Below, piece after piece: positions 1-9,542 of a DNA stretch of 45,686 bases (position 1 is its first letter; every line of letters starts with the position of its first letter). The DNA is taken from contig JAHFTJ010000002.1 of assembly GCA_023269435.1 (NCBI GenBank), forward strand, positions 1 to 45,686. Direction: 5' to 3'. The position numbers and the translations under genes were made by a program. Under the pieces are notes generated by a model. That model was not told the origin of the DNA. It worked only from the letters and a program-made list of their open reading frames with translations, and ran no database searches. Source of the stretch: Chlamydiota bacterium. Its GTDB lineage: Bacteria; Chlamydiota; Chlamydiia; Chlamydiales; 2-12-FULL-49-11.

Positions 1-443
1 CGGCATGCCGTTTTATGGCTACTATGTCCGGATCTGAAATCCCTTGGTCCATAACGACTACATCGCTGTAGCGCTTAGGAGAGCTATGTCGTAGTTACAT
101 GTCTCCGGTTTCCCAACGGGTCCTCCCCGGGTAAGAACAATCACTTTCTTCGCCTACCCACCTTCATTACTTGAGCTGGTTACGGAAAAGGATATTGGGT
201 TTCAATAATCACTGCTATCTCACCCCCAGTCTCCTGCCTTACGAAGGATCACTTTCGTTTGGGCGACGAATTTGACTAGGACTTTCTTCAAATTCCTCAT
301 TGGCCTCATCGACACTGTGTATCCACTGCTGTGGAGCCTCGATTTGGTTTCTTCGGACACCCTTGTCTTCGTCTATATATTCCCTCCTTTTCAGGGTTAT
401 AGTTGGACTTTCACCAACGAGTTATTGCCCATACCGGGCGCAC
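1..443 (-). mobile_element. Group II intron, 5' portion (domain I onward), truncated by the left window edge
   Basis: The minus strand from 443 reads GTGCGCCCGGTATGGGCAATAACTCGTTGGTGAAAGTCCAAC. This is the canonical GUGCG 5' end and a GGUGAAAGUCC-type domain I segment of bacterial group II introns. G+C is about 45-48% by hand count versus about 30% in neighbouring genes. There is no convincing CDS; the 300..539 + ORF is antisense to the structured RNA. Confidence 0.75.
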
Positions 444-478
444 AATCGTAGTGATATTAGTTTAATATTACTACGATT
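444..478 (-). terminator. Terminator-like hairpin downstream of atpK, abutting the intron 5' end
   Basis: aatcgtagtgatatta-gtt-taatattactacgatt forms a roughly 16-bp stem with one G.U or mismatch, about 110 nt after the atpK stop on the minus strand. In the uninterrupted paralogous copy (38511..) the equivalent cgatt is followed on the minus strand by tttaaat, so the intron sits at or inside the U tract. Confidence 0.55.
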
Positions 479-540
479 TTTAAATAATATTGTAATTCAA
501 AAGATCCATACATCCATTTTCTGCTTTTGCGTAAGGTGAG
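444..540. repeat. Dispersed 97-bp intergenic repeat, copy A (hairpin plus 58-bp conserved flank)
   Basis: 483..540 (aataatattgtaattcaaaagatccatacatccattttctgcttttgcgtaaggtgag) matches 38550..38607 at 56/58 positions. The preceding hairpin segment 444..482 is collinear with 38511..38549, but the loop is inverted (gttt vs aaac) and the 3' arm differs. The motif gtaaggtgag recurs at 564..573. Confidence 0.85.
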
Positions 541-587
541 TAAAGTTGGACGATATGTGTGAGTATCTTTGTGTAAGGTGAGTTATA

Positions 588-1010
588 TCACATCAGCAAT
601 AAAGCAAACACAAATGCGAAAAGAGCAAATGATTCCACTATTCCTATAGCAACAAATGTCTTACCAAAAACATTTGGTTGTTTTGCAGTAGCTTGAATCG
701 CAGAAGAACAACACAACCCTTGAAAAATCGCTGCTATCATAATAGCAGTACCTGAAGAGGCACCTATTGCAGCAGCAGACAATGGCGTAACAGCTCCTAT
801 TTCAATATTATTTTTTAATAACAACATAAGAACGAAACCGTATATAAGTTGTGATGCTGGCATTGCCGAAATACCAATTAATTTACCATGCCCCTCTTCA
901 GTTCTACTCATAACGCCGTGTGATGTTACTCCAGCACAAGCGCACCCTATAGATGCACCAATAGCACTCAATCCCAACGCAAGAGCTGGTCCTATCATAT
1001 TAAAAGCCAT
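588..1010 (-). CDS. atpK: V-type ATP synthase subunit K (proteolipid c subunit)
   Basis: 140 aa, Gly/Ala-rich four-helix proteolipid pattern (GASIGCACAG, AIGASSGTAIM). It is the last gene of the V-ATPase operon. Confidence 0.9.
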   Translation of the reverse strand: MAFNMIGPALALGLSAIGASIGCACAGVTSHGVMSRTEEGHGKLIGISAMPASQLIYGFVLMLLLKNNIEIGAVTPLSAAAIGASSGTAIMIAAIFQGLCCSSAIQATAKQPNVFGKTFVAIGIVESFALFAFVFALLLM

Positions 1011-1023
1011 AAAATTTTTACTC

Positions 1024-2943
1024 CTATTCTCTAACCATTAGTCTTAATGGGTTAAATTTCTTTCCTCCACCTTCAAATGAATGATGGTACCATTCGAGAA
1101 AATTAAGACGTAACCCGTGTATTACGCCAGCCATTATCCCCAATGATATGTTAACAATGTGCCCTAACAATATAATAATAAATCCTAAACCGCCAAATGC
1201 AATTCCAATTTCATTAAATGTAGCAGCCATAACCATACTAGCCAACCCTAAAGCATATAAACGTAAATAAGATAAAGTATCTGCAAAAATTTCTATAAGT
1301 TTAAAAACTACACCTATTCCCTTCCACTTTTCTTGTATCAGCGCTAATATTATCGCAAGTCCAAATCCGCTATATAATAGATGAATGCCAATAATAGTTG
1401 AAGTTGAAACTTGCATAAATCCCATATAATTCACAATAGAAACAGAACCTAATACGTACGGAAAGTATAAATACCCACCAAATAACATAAGAATCCATCC
1501 TATGCCCGACCAATTTCTATATAAATTTCTTAAAAATGATAACGATAGATGTATTATGCCAACCAATATGGCGATTTCCAAAAGTATCCCATCATATAAA
1601 TTTTCCATTAAGGAAAATTTTACAGTGCTACCATGATTAACTTTACCATTTTGTAAAAAAATAGCTGGGTCTAAAGTATTGGTTAAATTTGGGTATTTTA
1701 TTGTCCATTCACTAAATGTTTCGCTTTTTTTTGTTATATTGTAATCTATTTTATTATAAGCTAAATGATACAATAATGAAATACGATTTAATTGATTATC
1801 AGGCTCCATCTTAATGCTAAAATAAGATGCAACCATAACACCCCAAATAATAGTTGTAAACGACATGAGCGTTAAAAGTTTTAACATCCTTTTTTTAAGC
1901 CCACTCCATTTTTTTCCAAACATACCCCACAAATATAATGAAACACTTAAAAATAATAGACCATAGCCAGCATCAGATATTATCATTCCAAAAAAAATTG
2001 CAAATGCCCAAATCACAAAAGACGACGGATCTCTATCTGTTGTTGATGGCGTGTCGTAAATTTCTACTATATCTTGACCTACAGCTCCCATGTTTTTATT
2101 TTCTAAATACGTTGGAATTTTATCGTTTTTTTCAATTGCCACCTCTTGATAAAAAATAGGAATATCTGAAATGAGATCTTTTATATACTTAATTTGATTG
2201 TTAGGAATCCACGCTTCTACAGCAAACAATTGCTGATCCAAATGATTTGTTATCTCTTCTTTTGCAAATTTTAAATTAATTTCATTTAATTCACCAACAA
2301 GGTAATCGCATAAACAATTTAAATAAGACGCTGAATTTTTTAATTTTATTTCTTTTTCGCGCGAATTAGCCTCTAATTGTTTCAAATCTTTTAAAAGATA
2401 TTTTAATGAACGATCGCAAATAATTTCAGAAAAAAATAAATTAGTAAATCTATCGTCTCCAATATATAAATAATAATCAAAATCGTATTCACTATTTATA
2501 TAAATAAGCTCTTCGGGAATTTTTTCAGCGATCAGTTTTAACCGTTTAATATAAAAAAATTGAATTTCCTTTTTAATTAAAAGTTTGAGTTCTTTGACGT
2601 CATTTATATCAAAATCCCCCAAAGGTGAAACTCTTAAAATTTCCCCCTTTGTTAGCCTAATCGATTCGTGGCAATCTTCAATTGATCGCTTAATAGTTAA
2701 TATATCGTTTACTAGCTGTTGCACATCATGCTTCTCTACTGTTTTTTGCTCATAGTCTACTTGTTGATGTTTTAGCTCATTAATTGCTAATTTCAAATCA
2801 TTTATATATTTAGGTAGATTGTATTGCTTTCCGTTTGTTACAGAGATAAACTCTAACCTTCCGCATTTTTGCGCTTTTTCAAAAAAATAAGAATTAGCTA
2901 TTCTAGAACCAATAAAGAGAAATTTTTTCATCTCAATTCTCAT
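1024..2943 (-). CDS. atpI: V-type ATP synthase subunit I (a-subunit homolog)
   Basis: 639 aa with a soluble coiled N-terminal half and a polytopic C-terminal half ending ...LRLYALG...HGLRLNFLEWY, typical of subunit I/a. 4-nt overlap with atpD. Confidence 0.9.
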   Translation of the reverse strand: MRIEMKKFLFIGSRIANSYFFEKAQKCGRLEFISVTNGKQYNLPKYINDLKLAINELKHQQVDYEQKTVEKHDVQQLVNDILTIKRSIEDCHESIRLTKGEILRVSPLGDFDINDVKELKLLIKKEIQFFYIKRLKLIAEKIPEELIYINSEYDFDYYLYIGDDRFTNLFFSEIICDRSLKYLLKDLKQLEANSREKEIKLKNSASYLNCLCDYLVGELNEINLKFAKEEITNHLDQQLFAVEAWIPNNQIKYIKDLISDIPIFYQEVAIEKNDKIPTYLENKNMGAVGQDIVEIYDTPSTTDRDPSSFVIWAFAIFFGMIISDAGYGLLFLSVSLYLWGMFGKKWSGLKKRMLKLLTLMSFTTIIWGVMVASYFSIKMEPDNQLNRISLLYHLAYNKIDYNITKKSETFSEWTIKYPNLTNTLDPAIFLQNGKVNHGSTVKFSLMENLYDGILLEIAILVGIIHLSLSFLRNLYRNWSGIGWILMLFGGYLYFPYVLGSVSIVNYMGFMQVSTSTIIGIHLLYSGFGLAIILALIQEKWKGIGVVFKLIEIFADTLSYLRLYALGLASMVMAATFNEIGIAFGGLGFIIILLGHIVNISLGIMAGVIHGLRLNFLEWYHHSFEGGGKKFNPLRLMVRE

Positions 2944-3572
2944 CGCAAATGTCCTTCTAAATTAGCATCCAATTTTTTTTTAATAATTTTACATTTTGAA
3001 ACTTTCGCCTCTACAACAGCTTGCAGCGCCCTATCCCCCAAAAATACCTTTATACAACTAATACTCCTCTCTATATTTGGTATAAGACGCTTTTCAAAAA
3101 GATTTACACGAATAGAGATCGTTCTAAACTCTTTTTCTAAAATTTCTTTTTTTTTGATTGACATCAACACTTTTTGATATGTTTTTTTTAAAGTGCGAAA
3201 TATTGCAATTGCATCCTCCGTCCATATTGGTTGATGTATAAGTTTGTTGCCTGGTTCTTTAAAAGAGATATTTTTAATCCACGGAATACTTATTCCTGCA
3301 ATATTATCATATTGTATATCAATATTATCAATTTCAAGGCTCTCAATTAAATCTGAAAACTTTTTATCCGTTAGCAATTTAGCATGTTTAACAACAGCTG
3401 TTTTTTCTATATCATATTTCAATTTACATTCAGCAATCTCTTCATTAGCTTTATTTACTTCAATTTGAAGTAAGGTTTTTTTTAATTTCAATGTAGGTAA
3501 GTATTTTGTAAATAACGACAATCTATCTTTTAGACTAACCAACTCAACTTTAGTAAGTTTAACATTAACCAT
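2940..3572 (-). CDS. atpD: V-type ATP synthase subunit D
   Basis: 210 aa. The N-terminal LTKVELVSLKDRL...LKLKKTLL pattern is typical of V-type D stalk subunits. Abuts atpB. Confidence 0.85.
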   Translation of the reverse strand: MVNVKLTKVELVSLKDRLSLFTKYLPTLKLKKTLLQIEVNKANEEIAECKLKYDIEKTAVVKHAKLLTDKKFSDLIESLEIDNIDIQYDNIAGISIPWIKNISFKEPGNKLIHQPIWTEDAIAIFRTLKKTYQKVLMSIKKKEILEKEFRTISIRVNLFEKRLIPNIERSISCIKVFLGDRALQAVVEAKVSKCKIIKKKLDANLEGHLR

Positions 3573-4874
3573 TTATGCTATCCAATATTTGTCAATTAGA
3601 GTTTGTACTATTCTAACTTCAGAAGAATCAAAGCATTCGCTTAAAATTTTCCATCCAAGGTCAAGGGCGTCGTAGAGTGATATATTTACATTTAAATTCA
3701 TCATTTTACTTTCAAATAAACGCAAATATCTAATAAGTTTTTCATCAAATTTTGATAATTTAAAACCCATGCTGTAGAGCTCTTTCGCTTTCAGAGAGTC
3801 TGCATAAAGACTAATCATCGTATTCATAAGATCGCCATGATCATCACGGCTTTGAGGACCACCGATTACATTTTGCTTAAGTCTTGAAAGTGAGCCAAAT
3901 GGTTCTATTCGTCCACCCTTAAGATAAAATTGACCTTCCGTTATATACCCTGTATTGTCAGGAACTGGATGTGTAACATCATCTCCTGGCATTGTTGTAG
4001 CTGAAACAATAGTAATAGAACCAGCTCCATATATATCAATCGCCTTCTCATAGCGAAGAGCTAGGTCTGAATATAATGATCCCGGATATCCTCTATTAGA
4101 TGGAATTTGCTCCATACCTATGGCTACTTCTTTCAAAGAATCTGCAAAAGCAGTCATATCTGTAAGGAGGACTAATACTTTTTTCCCGCGCTGCGCAAAT
4201 TCTTCTGCAACCGTAAGAGCCATATCTGGAACGAGAATACATTCTACAGGATAATCTGTTGCCATATGAACAAACATCACTGTTTTTTCTAGAGATCCAC
4301 TCGCTCTTGCATTTTCTACAAATGCATGTAAAGTATCATGTCTAGCTGCCATAATGCCAATGACAACTACATCTGCGTTAGTTTGATTTGCAATTCTCAT
4401 TAAAAGTTCATTAAACGGCTCCCCTGCGATAGAAAAAATTGGTATTTTTTGCGATTCAACTAATGTATTAAACATATCTATTAGTGGTATGTTAGTAGAA
4501 ATCATAGTGTGAGGTACAGAACGCTTGACGGGATTAGCAGATTTCATCAATATATCAACTTCATTTCCATGAACTTCTGGTCCTCCATCTATTGGAGCTC
4601 CTGAAGAATTAAGTATCCTACCAAGGACTTGATCCCCTACAACCACTCTCATCTGTTTTTTAAGAAAAGTCACTCTATCACAGGTCGAGACACCCTTTAA
4701 AGTGCCCATGGCTTGAATATAGACATTCTCTCCATCAAAACTGAGAACTGATCCAAATAAAGATGTGCCGCATTTTTTATCAACACGAACCATCTCGCCT
4801 ATTTCAACCCCTGTTGATTTTACAACAAATGTTGAATTGCCAATATTTTTAATTTCTTCGTAATACTTTTGCAT
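3573..4874 (-). CDS. atpB: V-type ATP synthase subunit B (regulatory)
   Basis: 433 aa of the alpha/beta ATPase family without a canonical P-loop. Motifs include SIAGEPFNE and GYPGSLYSDLA. 1-nt overlap with atpA. Confidence 0.93.
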   Translation of the reverse strand: MQKYYEEIKNIGNSTFVVKSTGVEIGEMVRVDKKCGTSLFGSVLSFDGENVYIQAMGTLKGVSTCDRVTFLKKQMRVVVGDQVLGRILNSSGAPIDGGPEVHGNEVDILMKSANPVKRSVPHTMISTNIPLIDMFNTLVESQKIPIFSIAGEPFNELLMRIANQTNADVVVIGIMAARHDTLHAFVENARASGSLEKTVMFVHMATDYPVECILVPDMALTVAEEFAQRGKKVLVLLTDMTAFADSLKEVAIGMEQIPSNRGYPGSLYSDLALRYEKAIDIYGAGSITIVSATTMPGDDVTHPVPDNTGYITEGQFYLKGGRIEPFGSLSRLKQNVIGGPQSRDDHGDLMNTMISLYADSLKAKELYSMGFKLSKFDEKLIRYLRLFESKMMNLNVNISLYDALDLGWKILSECFDSSEVRIVQTLIDKYWIA

Positions 4875-6646
4875 TATCCTACAATTTGGTTAATTTCTTC
4901 TAAATTATTTTGAATATCATGCAACATTATATTGTATTTTTCTGATGGAAATTTTAAATAATTTAATCCTTTCAATTTTGATTGAAGAATAAAAAAATAC
5001 GATTTAACATCGTCAATATTATTAAACGCAAATGGCATATCAAAAATTTGATTTATTAATTTAAATTGCACTTTTTGTTGTTCTATTGAACAATATGCAT
5101 CTTCTTTATCAAAAGCATTTTGTTGCAAATAACAAAAAGATAGTAATTCTGCCTTTAAATATATAATCATATCTTCAACGCTAATCCCTTCAGGACCAAC
5201 AACTTCCATTCTTCTTCCTATTTCATCGCCTTCTAAAAGAATAAATTTTGCTCTATTTATCCACTCGCCCCAATTTGGCATATCTTTTTCTATATACGAA
5301 GATACTGTATCAACATACTTAGACCAAGACTTCAAAAGATCTATAGATGGATAAACTCTTCTATCTGAAAGCTCTCTCGAGAGGCAACTAAAATTACCAA
5401 CAACATTCAATGTTGCTTGCGTAACTGGCTCTTGAAAGTTGCCGCCAGCTGGAGAAATAGCCCCTATAATACTAACGGATCCTTTTTTACCATTTTTCAA
5501 TTTCACTACTCCAGCTCTCTCGTAAAATGAAGCTATTCTAGAAGATAAGTAAGCGGGAAAAGCTTCTTCGCCTGGTATCTCTTCCAATCTGCCGGACATC
5601 TCACGCATCGCTTGTGCCCAACGAGATGTAGAGTCTGCAAGAAGTAATATGTCTAATCCCATTTGGCGATAATATTCAGCTATTGTAACACCAACATAGA
5701 CTGAAGCTTCTCTTGCCGCTACTGGCATTGATGACGTATTACAAATTATAACAGTTCTCTCCATTAACGGTGCATGCGCATGAACGTCAATAAGCGATGG
5801 GAATGTTTTTAATGTCTCAGCGACTTCTCCAGCACGCTCTCCGCAGGCTGCTATTATCACTATGTCAACATTCGAATACTTAGCTATAAGCTGTTGCAAA
5901 ACTGTCTTTCCGGCACCAAAAGGACCAGGAGTGGCAGTCGTTCCACCCTTAACCATAGGGTTTAATGTATCTAAAATTCTAATCCCTGTAGTCATTATGT
6001 CGGTTGCTTTTATTTTTTCACCGGAAATTAACGGTAATTTAACTGGCCATTTTTGCAACATAGTAATATTGTATTCTTTTCCCTCTTTATCTTTTGCTTT
6101 AGCAATGACTTCTTCTATAGTATATCTACCACTATCAGCAACATATGTTAATTCATATTCACCAAACATTGAAAACGGCAACATAATATGATGTGTAAAA
6201 TGAGACTCTTTAACAAAACCTATAATACCACCCCTGCATAACAAATCTCCAACCTTGGCAAACGGAGTAAATTGCCAACATTTAACTCTGTCCAATGCTA
6301 AAATGTAAACGCCTCGTTTCAAATATAATCCAGAAAGATCTGCAATATTTTTTAATGGATTTTGCAATCCATCAAATATTTCAGCTAACAAGCCTGGCGC
6401 CAACTCAACTTCTAGTAACTCATTAGTAAATAAAACTAAATCTCCATATTTCATCCCTGTTGTATCTTCAAAAACTTGCAATTTCGCTATTTTATCTTCA
6501 ATTGCAATAACCTCTCCTTTTAAAGACTCTCTTTCTAGTTGTATATACCCTATTTCACCTTGAATAACTGACCCTTCGAATGCAACTTTAACTAAATTGC
6601 CAAGGACATACACAACTTTCCCTCTCCCTTTAACATTATGAGACAT
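4874..6646 (-). CDS. atpA: V-type ATP synthase subunit A (catalytic)
   Basis: 590 aa with Walker A GPFGAGKTV, Walker B LLLADSTSRWA, and EEIPGEEAFPAYLSSR. Confidence 0.95.
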   Translation of the reverse strand: MSHNVKGRGKVVYVLGNLVKVAFEGSVIQGEIGYIQLERESLKGEVIAIEDKIAKLQVFEDTTGMKYGDLVLFTNELLEVELAPGLLAEIFDGLQNPLKNIADLSGLYLKRGVYILALDRVKCWQFTPFAKVGDLLCRGGIIGFVKESHFTHHIMLPFSMFGEYELTYVADSGRYTIEEVIAKAKDKEGKEYNITMLQKWPVKLPLISGEKIKATDIMTTGIRILDTLNPMVKGGTTATPGPFGAGKTVLQQLIAKYSNVDIVIIAACGERAGEVAETLKTFPSLIDVHAHAPLMERTVIICNTSSMPVAAREASVYVGVTIAEYYRQMGLDILLLADSTSRWAQAMREMSGRLEEIPGEEAFPAYLSSRIASFYERAGVVKLKNGKKGSVSIIGAISPAGGNFQEPVTQATLNVVGNFSCLSRELSDRRVYPSIDLLKSWSKYVDTVSSYIEKDMPNWGEWINRAKFILLEGDEIGRRMEVVGPEGISVEDMIIYLKAELLSFCYLQQNAFDKEDAYCSIEQQKVQFKLINQIFDMPFAFNNIDDVKSYFFILQSKLKGLNYLKFPSEKYNIMLHDIQNNLEEINQIVG

Positions 6647-7439
6647 AGTCTTTCTCCACTAAATTGTATAATTCTTCCTCTCCAACATCTTGTTTCAATG
6701 CATAATGCTCTTCCAAAATCCATAAATTCATCATAAATGCAGTAACGGCGCAAAATGTGAACTGATAATTTAATATATACTTCAAATAAAAATCAAACCT
6801 AAATTTAGCTAAAGCTTCATATTGTTTTGAAGGGTTTGGACCTGCATCAATAAGACTTATCTCTAAATTTTTATATTCAAACGGAAAGACAAAAGAAGAA
6901 GCGCCTCCACTTTGAGCTAATACATATTCTACTATAGGATCATCCATGTTTTCAAACTGCAATTCTCTTATTAAATCTCTGCCAATTTTCTTGCAGCGAT
7001 ATCCAGCTATTAAAACTCTCCAACGATATTCAAAAGTTAAGAATTCCTTAAGAAATCCACTGCTATTTTTGATTTCATTTTTAAAATATTGCGATATCAA
7101 CCATCCAATATTTTTCTTTCTATCTTCTTCATTATCATATTTATACAAAAATTCTAATATATAATCTGGAACTTTTTCTACAATTATTTCCTTTTCAAAT
7201 AGTAATTTATACAAAAAACTCTTTGAAAAATTTCCTCTATCGTCAAAAGAATCACTTAACAGAGAAGCGTGTACATTGTATATATCTATCCATAATTTTA
7301 ATGTGTTAACTTTTTTCATTTGCCGTTTACTAAGATTTAAATTTAATAAACTCATAAAATCGTCATTAGAAATATCTGGCTTACACGTAAAATCTATAGC
7401 AGGTAAAGATGAATATATAAAAAAATGCATAAACCACAC
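6636..7439 (-). CDS. Conserved V-ATPase-operon protein (DUF2764-like; possible C/d-subunit analog)
   Basis: 267 aa. The N-terminal FFIYSSLPAIDF resembles the YYxxSSLPxL start I associate with DUF2764. It sits between atpE and atpA, as in Chlamydia. Confidence 0.6.
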   Translation of the reverse strand: MWFMHFFIYSSLPAIDFTCKPDISNDDFMSLLNLNLSKRQMKKVNTLKLWIDIYNVHASLLSDSFDDRGNFSKSFLYKLLFEKEIIVEKVPDYILEFLYKYDNEEDRKKNIGWLISQYFKNEIKNSSGFLKEFLTFEYRWRVLIAGYRCKKIGRDLIRELQFENMDDPIVEYVLAQSGGASSFVFPFEYKNLEISLIDAGPNPSKQYEALAKFRFDFYLKYILNYQFTFCAVTAFMMNLWILEEHYALKQDVGEEELYNLVEKDYVS

Positions 7440-7459
7440 TATTTATTCGACAATATATG

Positions 7460-8077
7460 TTATAAAAAAATTTTTTCTCTCAATTCAGATGAGACATACT
7501 TACTTAACAAGGCAATCATAGATTTGTCACTAATATCTACAGACACCTTCTCTTTTATCAACTTAAGTTCTATACCTGATTGTATATCACCCAAAACAAT
7601 ACAACCTTTCTTCAATCTTTTTCTTATTTTATCTGTTAAAAACCCACTAATACTTTCTTGAGAAATACTCTTAGGAATTACCACCATTAACTCTGTATCT
7701 ATGCCGTCTTTTTCTATAGATTCTACAACCACATTTATTAATTTTGCTATCACATCTTCTTTTTGCATCTCATGGCGCATCATTTCTTGCCATTCATTTG
7801 AAAAAATTTCCTCAATCGATTGCTTCAATTTTGACATAGAATGTTTTATTGCAAGATTTAAAACAGAGTGATGAACTTCCAACGCTTTTTTTAACCTCTC
7901 GTTGCTTTCATCTTCTTTAATCTTAATTTCTTTATTAGCTTTATCTAGAATATCATCAGCTATTATTTCAGCATCTTTTATTATTCTATTAGCTTCAGCT
8001 TGCGCTGGACGCAACGTCTCATTTCTTATAACATCGCAAATTTCTCTAACTTTTTTATTAGCCGAACTTAAAGTCAT
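7460..8077 (-). CDS. atpE: V-type ATP synthase subunit E
   Basis: 205 aa with a charged coiled N-terminus (AQAEANRIIKDAEIIADDILDKANKE) and a globular C-terminus. First gene of the operon. Confidence 0.85.
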   Translation of the reverse strand: MTLSSANKKVREICDVIRNETLRPAQAEANRIIKDAEIIADDILDKANKEIKIKEDESNERLKKALEVHHSVLNLAIKHSMSKLKQSIEEIFSNEWQEMMRHEMQKEDVIAKLINVVVESIEKDGIDTELMVVIPKSISQESISGFLTDKIRKRLKKGCIVLGDIQSGIELKLIKEKVSVDISDKSMIALLSKYVSSELREKIFL

Positions 8078-8249
8078 ACTTTTCCTAACAATTCAATAAA
8101 TTCACACACTATAATATATACATGTAATGTAGTATACCTATTAATTAATAAAATCCAACACAAAAAATAACGCAAATATTTAAATCCAACACAAAAAAAT
8201 ATTTACGAAAAATGTATAAAATGCAATAAAGACATAGAAGGTTGTATAT

Positions 8250-8519
8250 ATGAATACGAAGAAATATTTTTATTTGATTACTTGTCTGTTTTTTACTTTT
8301 TATTGTTTAAATGTTAATAGCGCTGGCTCTGCTATATCTGATAAATCTGTAAAAAACGATTACTCTTTTGAATTATCGGACGAAAATATGAAAAAAATAA
8401 GTTCTGGTATGATTACATGGTGTTTCATATTTATTACAGTCACTATACTATCAGCATTTATACACACAGATGCGGGAGCACCAGTACCACCAGTACCACC
8501 AGTAAAACCAATAATATAA
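8250..8519 (+). CDS. Small hypothetical protein with signal peptide, one TM helix and a PVPPVPPVKP tail
   Basis: 89-aa ORF with a GAAGG 10 nt upstream of the ATG. Hydrophobic N-terminus and an internal TM (ITWCFIFITVTILSAFI). No recognisable family. Confidence 0.45.
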   Translation: MNTKKYFYLITCLFFTFYCLNVNSAGSAISDKSVKNDYSFELSDENMKKISSGMITWCFIFITVTILSAFIHTDAGAPVPPVPPVKPII

Positions 8520-8570
8520 ACAAACGTAATATCTTATAAAAGATATCAATGCATAGGCTAGCTGCGTGAG

Positions 8571-9536
8571 TTATAAAAAAGATTGTGAAATATAATTTTT
8601 TAGTTCTATGGTATCTTTTACAAAATTCCTTATACCATCAAAAAGTTTTTCTGTAGCCATCTCATCGCTGCACAATAAATATCTGTAATTTTTTTCATCT
8701 ATAATAATTTTATCTATATTTAATTTTTTAGATTTCGATGGATCTAACTTTCTCTCTATCTTCCCTAATGACGAATTTAATTCTTGCAGTAATTGAGGTG
8801 AGATTGTTAGGAGATCGCACCCTGCAAGCGCTATAATCTCGCCTACATTTCTAAAAGAAGCCCCCATTACTTGTGTTTTATAATCAAATTTTTTATAATA
8901 ATTATAAATATTGGTTACTGAAATAACGCCCATATCTTTATCTGGTGATATGTATTTTACGCCATCTTTTTTCAACTGCCAATCATAAATACGTCCGACA
9001 AATGGTGATATCAAAGTAACATTAGCTTCAGCCGCAGCTATAGCTTGCGCTAAAGAAAAGACCAATGTCATATTACAATGTATCCCCTCTTTTTCTAAAA
9101 TTTTAGCAGCTTCTATTCCTTCCCAAGTAGAGGCCAACTTAATTAGAACGCGTTCTTTATCAATTCCAGATTCTTTATAAAGAGTTATATAGTCTCTTGC
9201 CATTTTTACACTTTTATCAATATCAAAAGAAAAAGCGGCGTCAACTTCAATAGATACACGACCTGATATAACATTTAAAATTTTTAAAATAAAATTTACA
9301 AAAAGTTTTAATAAAATTGCACTTAAGAAGTCAGAATTTTTATTTGAATTTTTTTTAGCCCATTTTATAGCGTCAATTATAAGATATTTATAGTTAGCCA
9401 TCTGAGCGGCCTTAAGAATTAAGGACGGATTTGTTGTTGCATCTTGAGGTTGATACTGTTCAATAGATTCTATATCACCAGTATCAACTACAATTTTTGT
9501 AAATTTCTTCAATTCATCAAGTTGCATAATCGACAT
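8571..9536 (-). CDS. tal: Transaldolase
   Basis: 321 aa with DTGDIESIEQY..DATTNPSLILKA and KLASTWEGI motifs of class I transaldolases. Position next to rpoC as in Chlamydia. Confidence 0.92.
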   Translation of the reverse strand: MSIMQLDELKKFTKIVVDTGDIESIEQYQPQDATTNPSLILKAAQMANYKYLIIDAIKWAKKNSNKNSDFLSAILLKLFVNFILKILNVISGRVSIEVDAAFSFDIDKSVKMARDYITLYKESGIDKERVLIKLASTWEGIEAAKILEKEGIHCNMTLVFSLAQAIAAAEANVTLISPFVGRIYDWQLKKDGVKYISPDKDMGVISVTNIYNYYKKFDYKTQVMGASFRNVGEIIALAGCDLLTISPQLLQELNSSLGKIERKLDPSKSKKLNIDKIIIDEKNYRYLLCSDEMATEKLFDGIRNFVKDTIELKNYISQSFL

Positions 9537-9542
9537 TATAGA

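Noticed and set aside
300-539. 79-aa plus-strand ORF at the left edge
   Set aside because: It lies antisense to the group II intron RNA and runs across the intron/exon junction and the hairpin. It has no RBS and an odd Cys/Ser/Leu-rich composition. It is most likely a chance ORF in GC-richer sequence.
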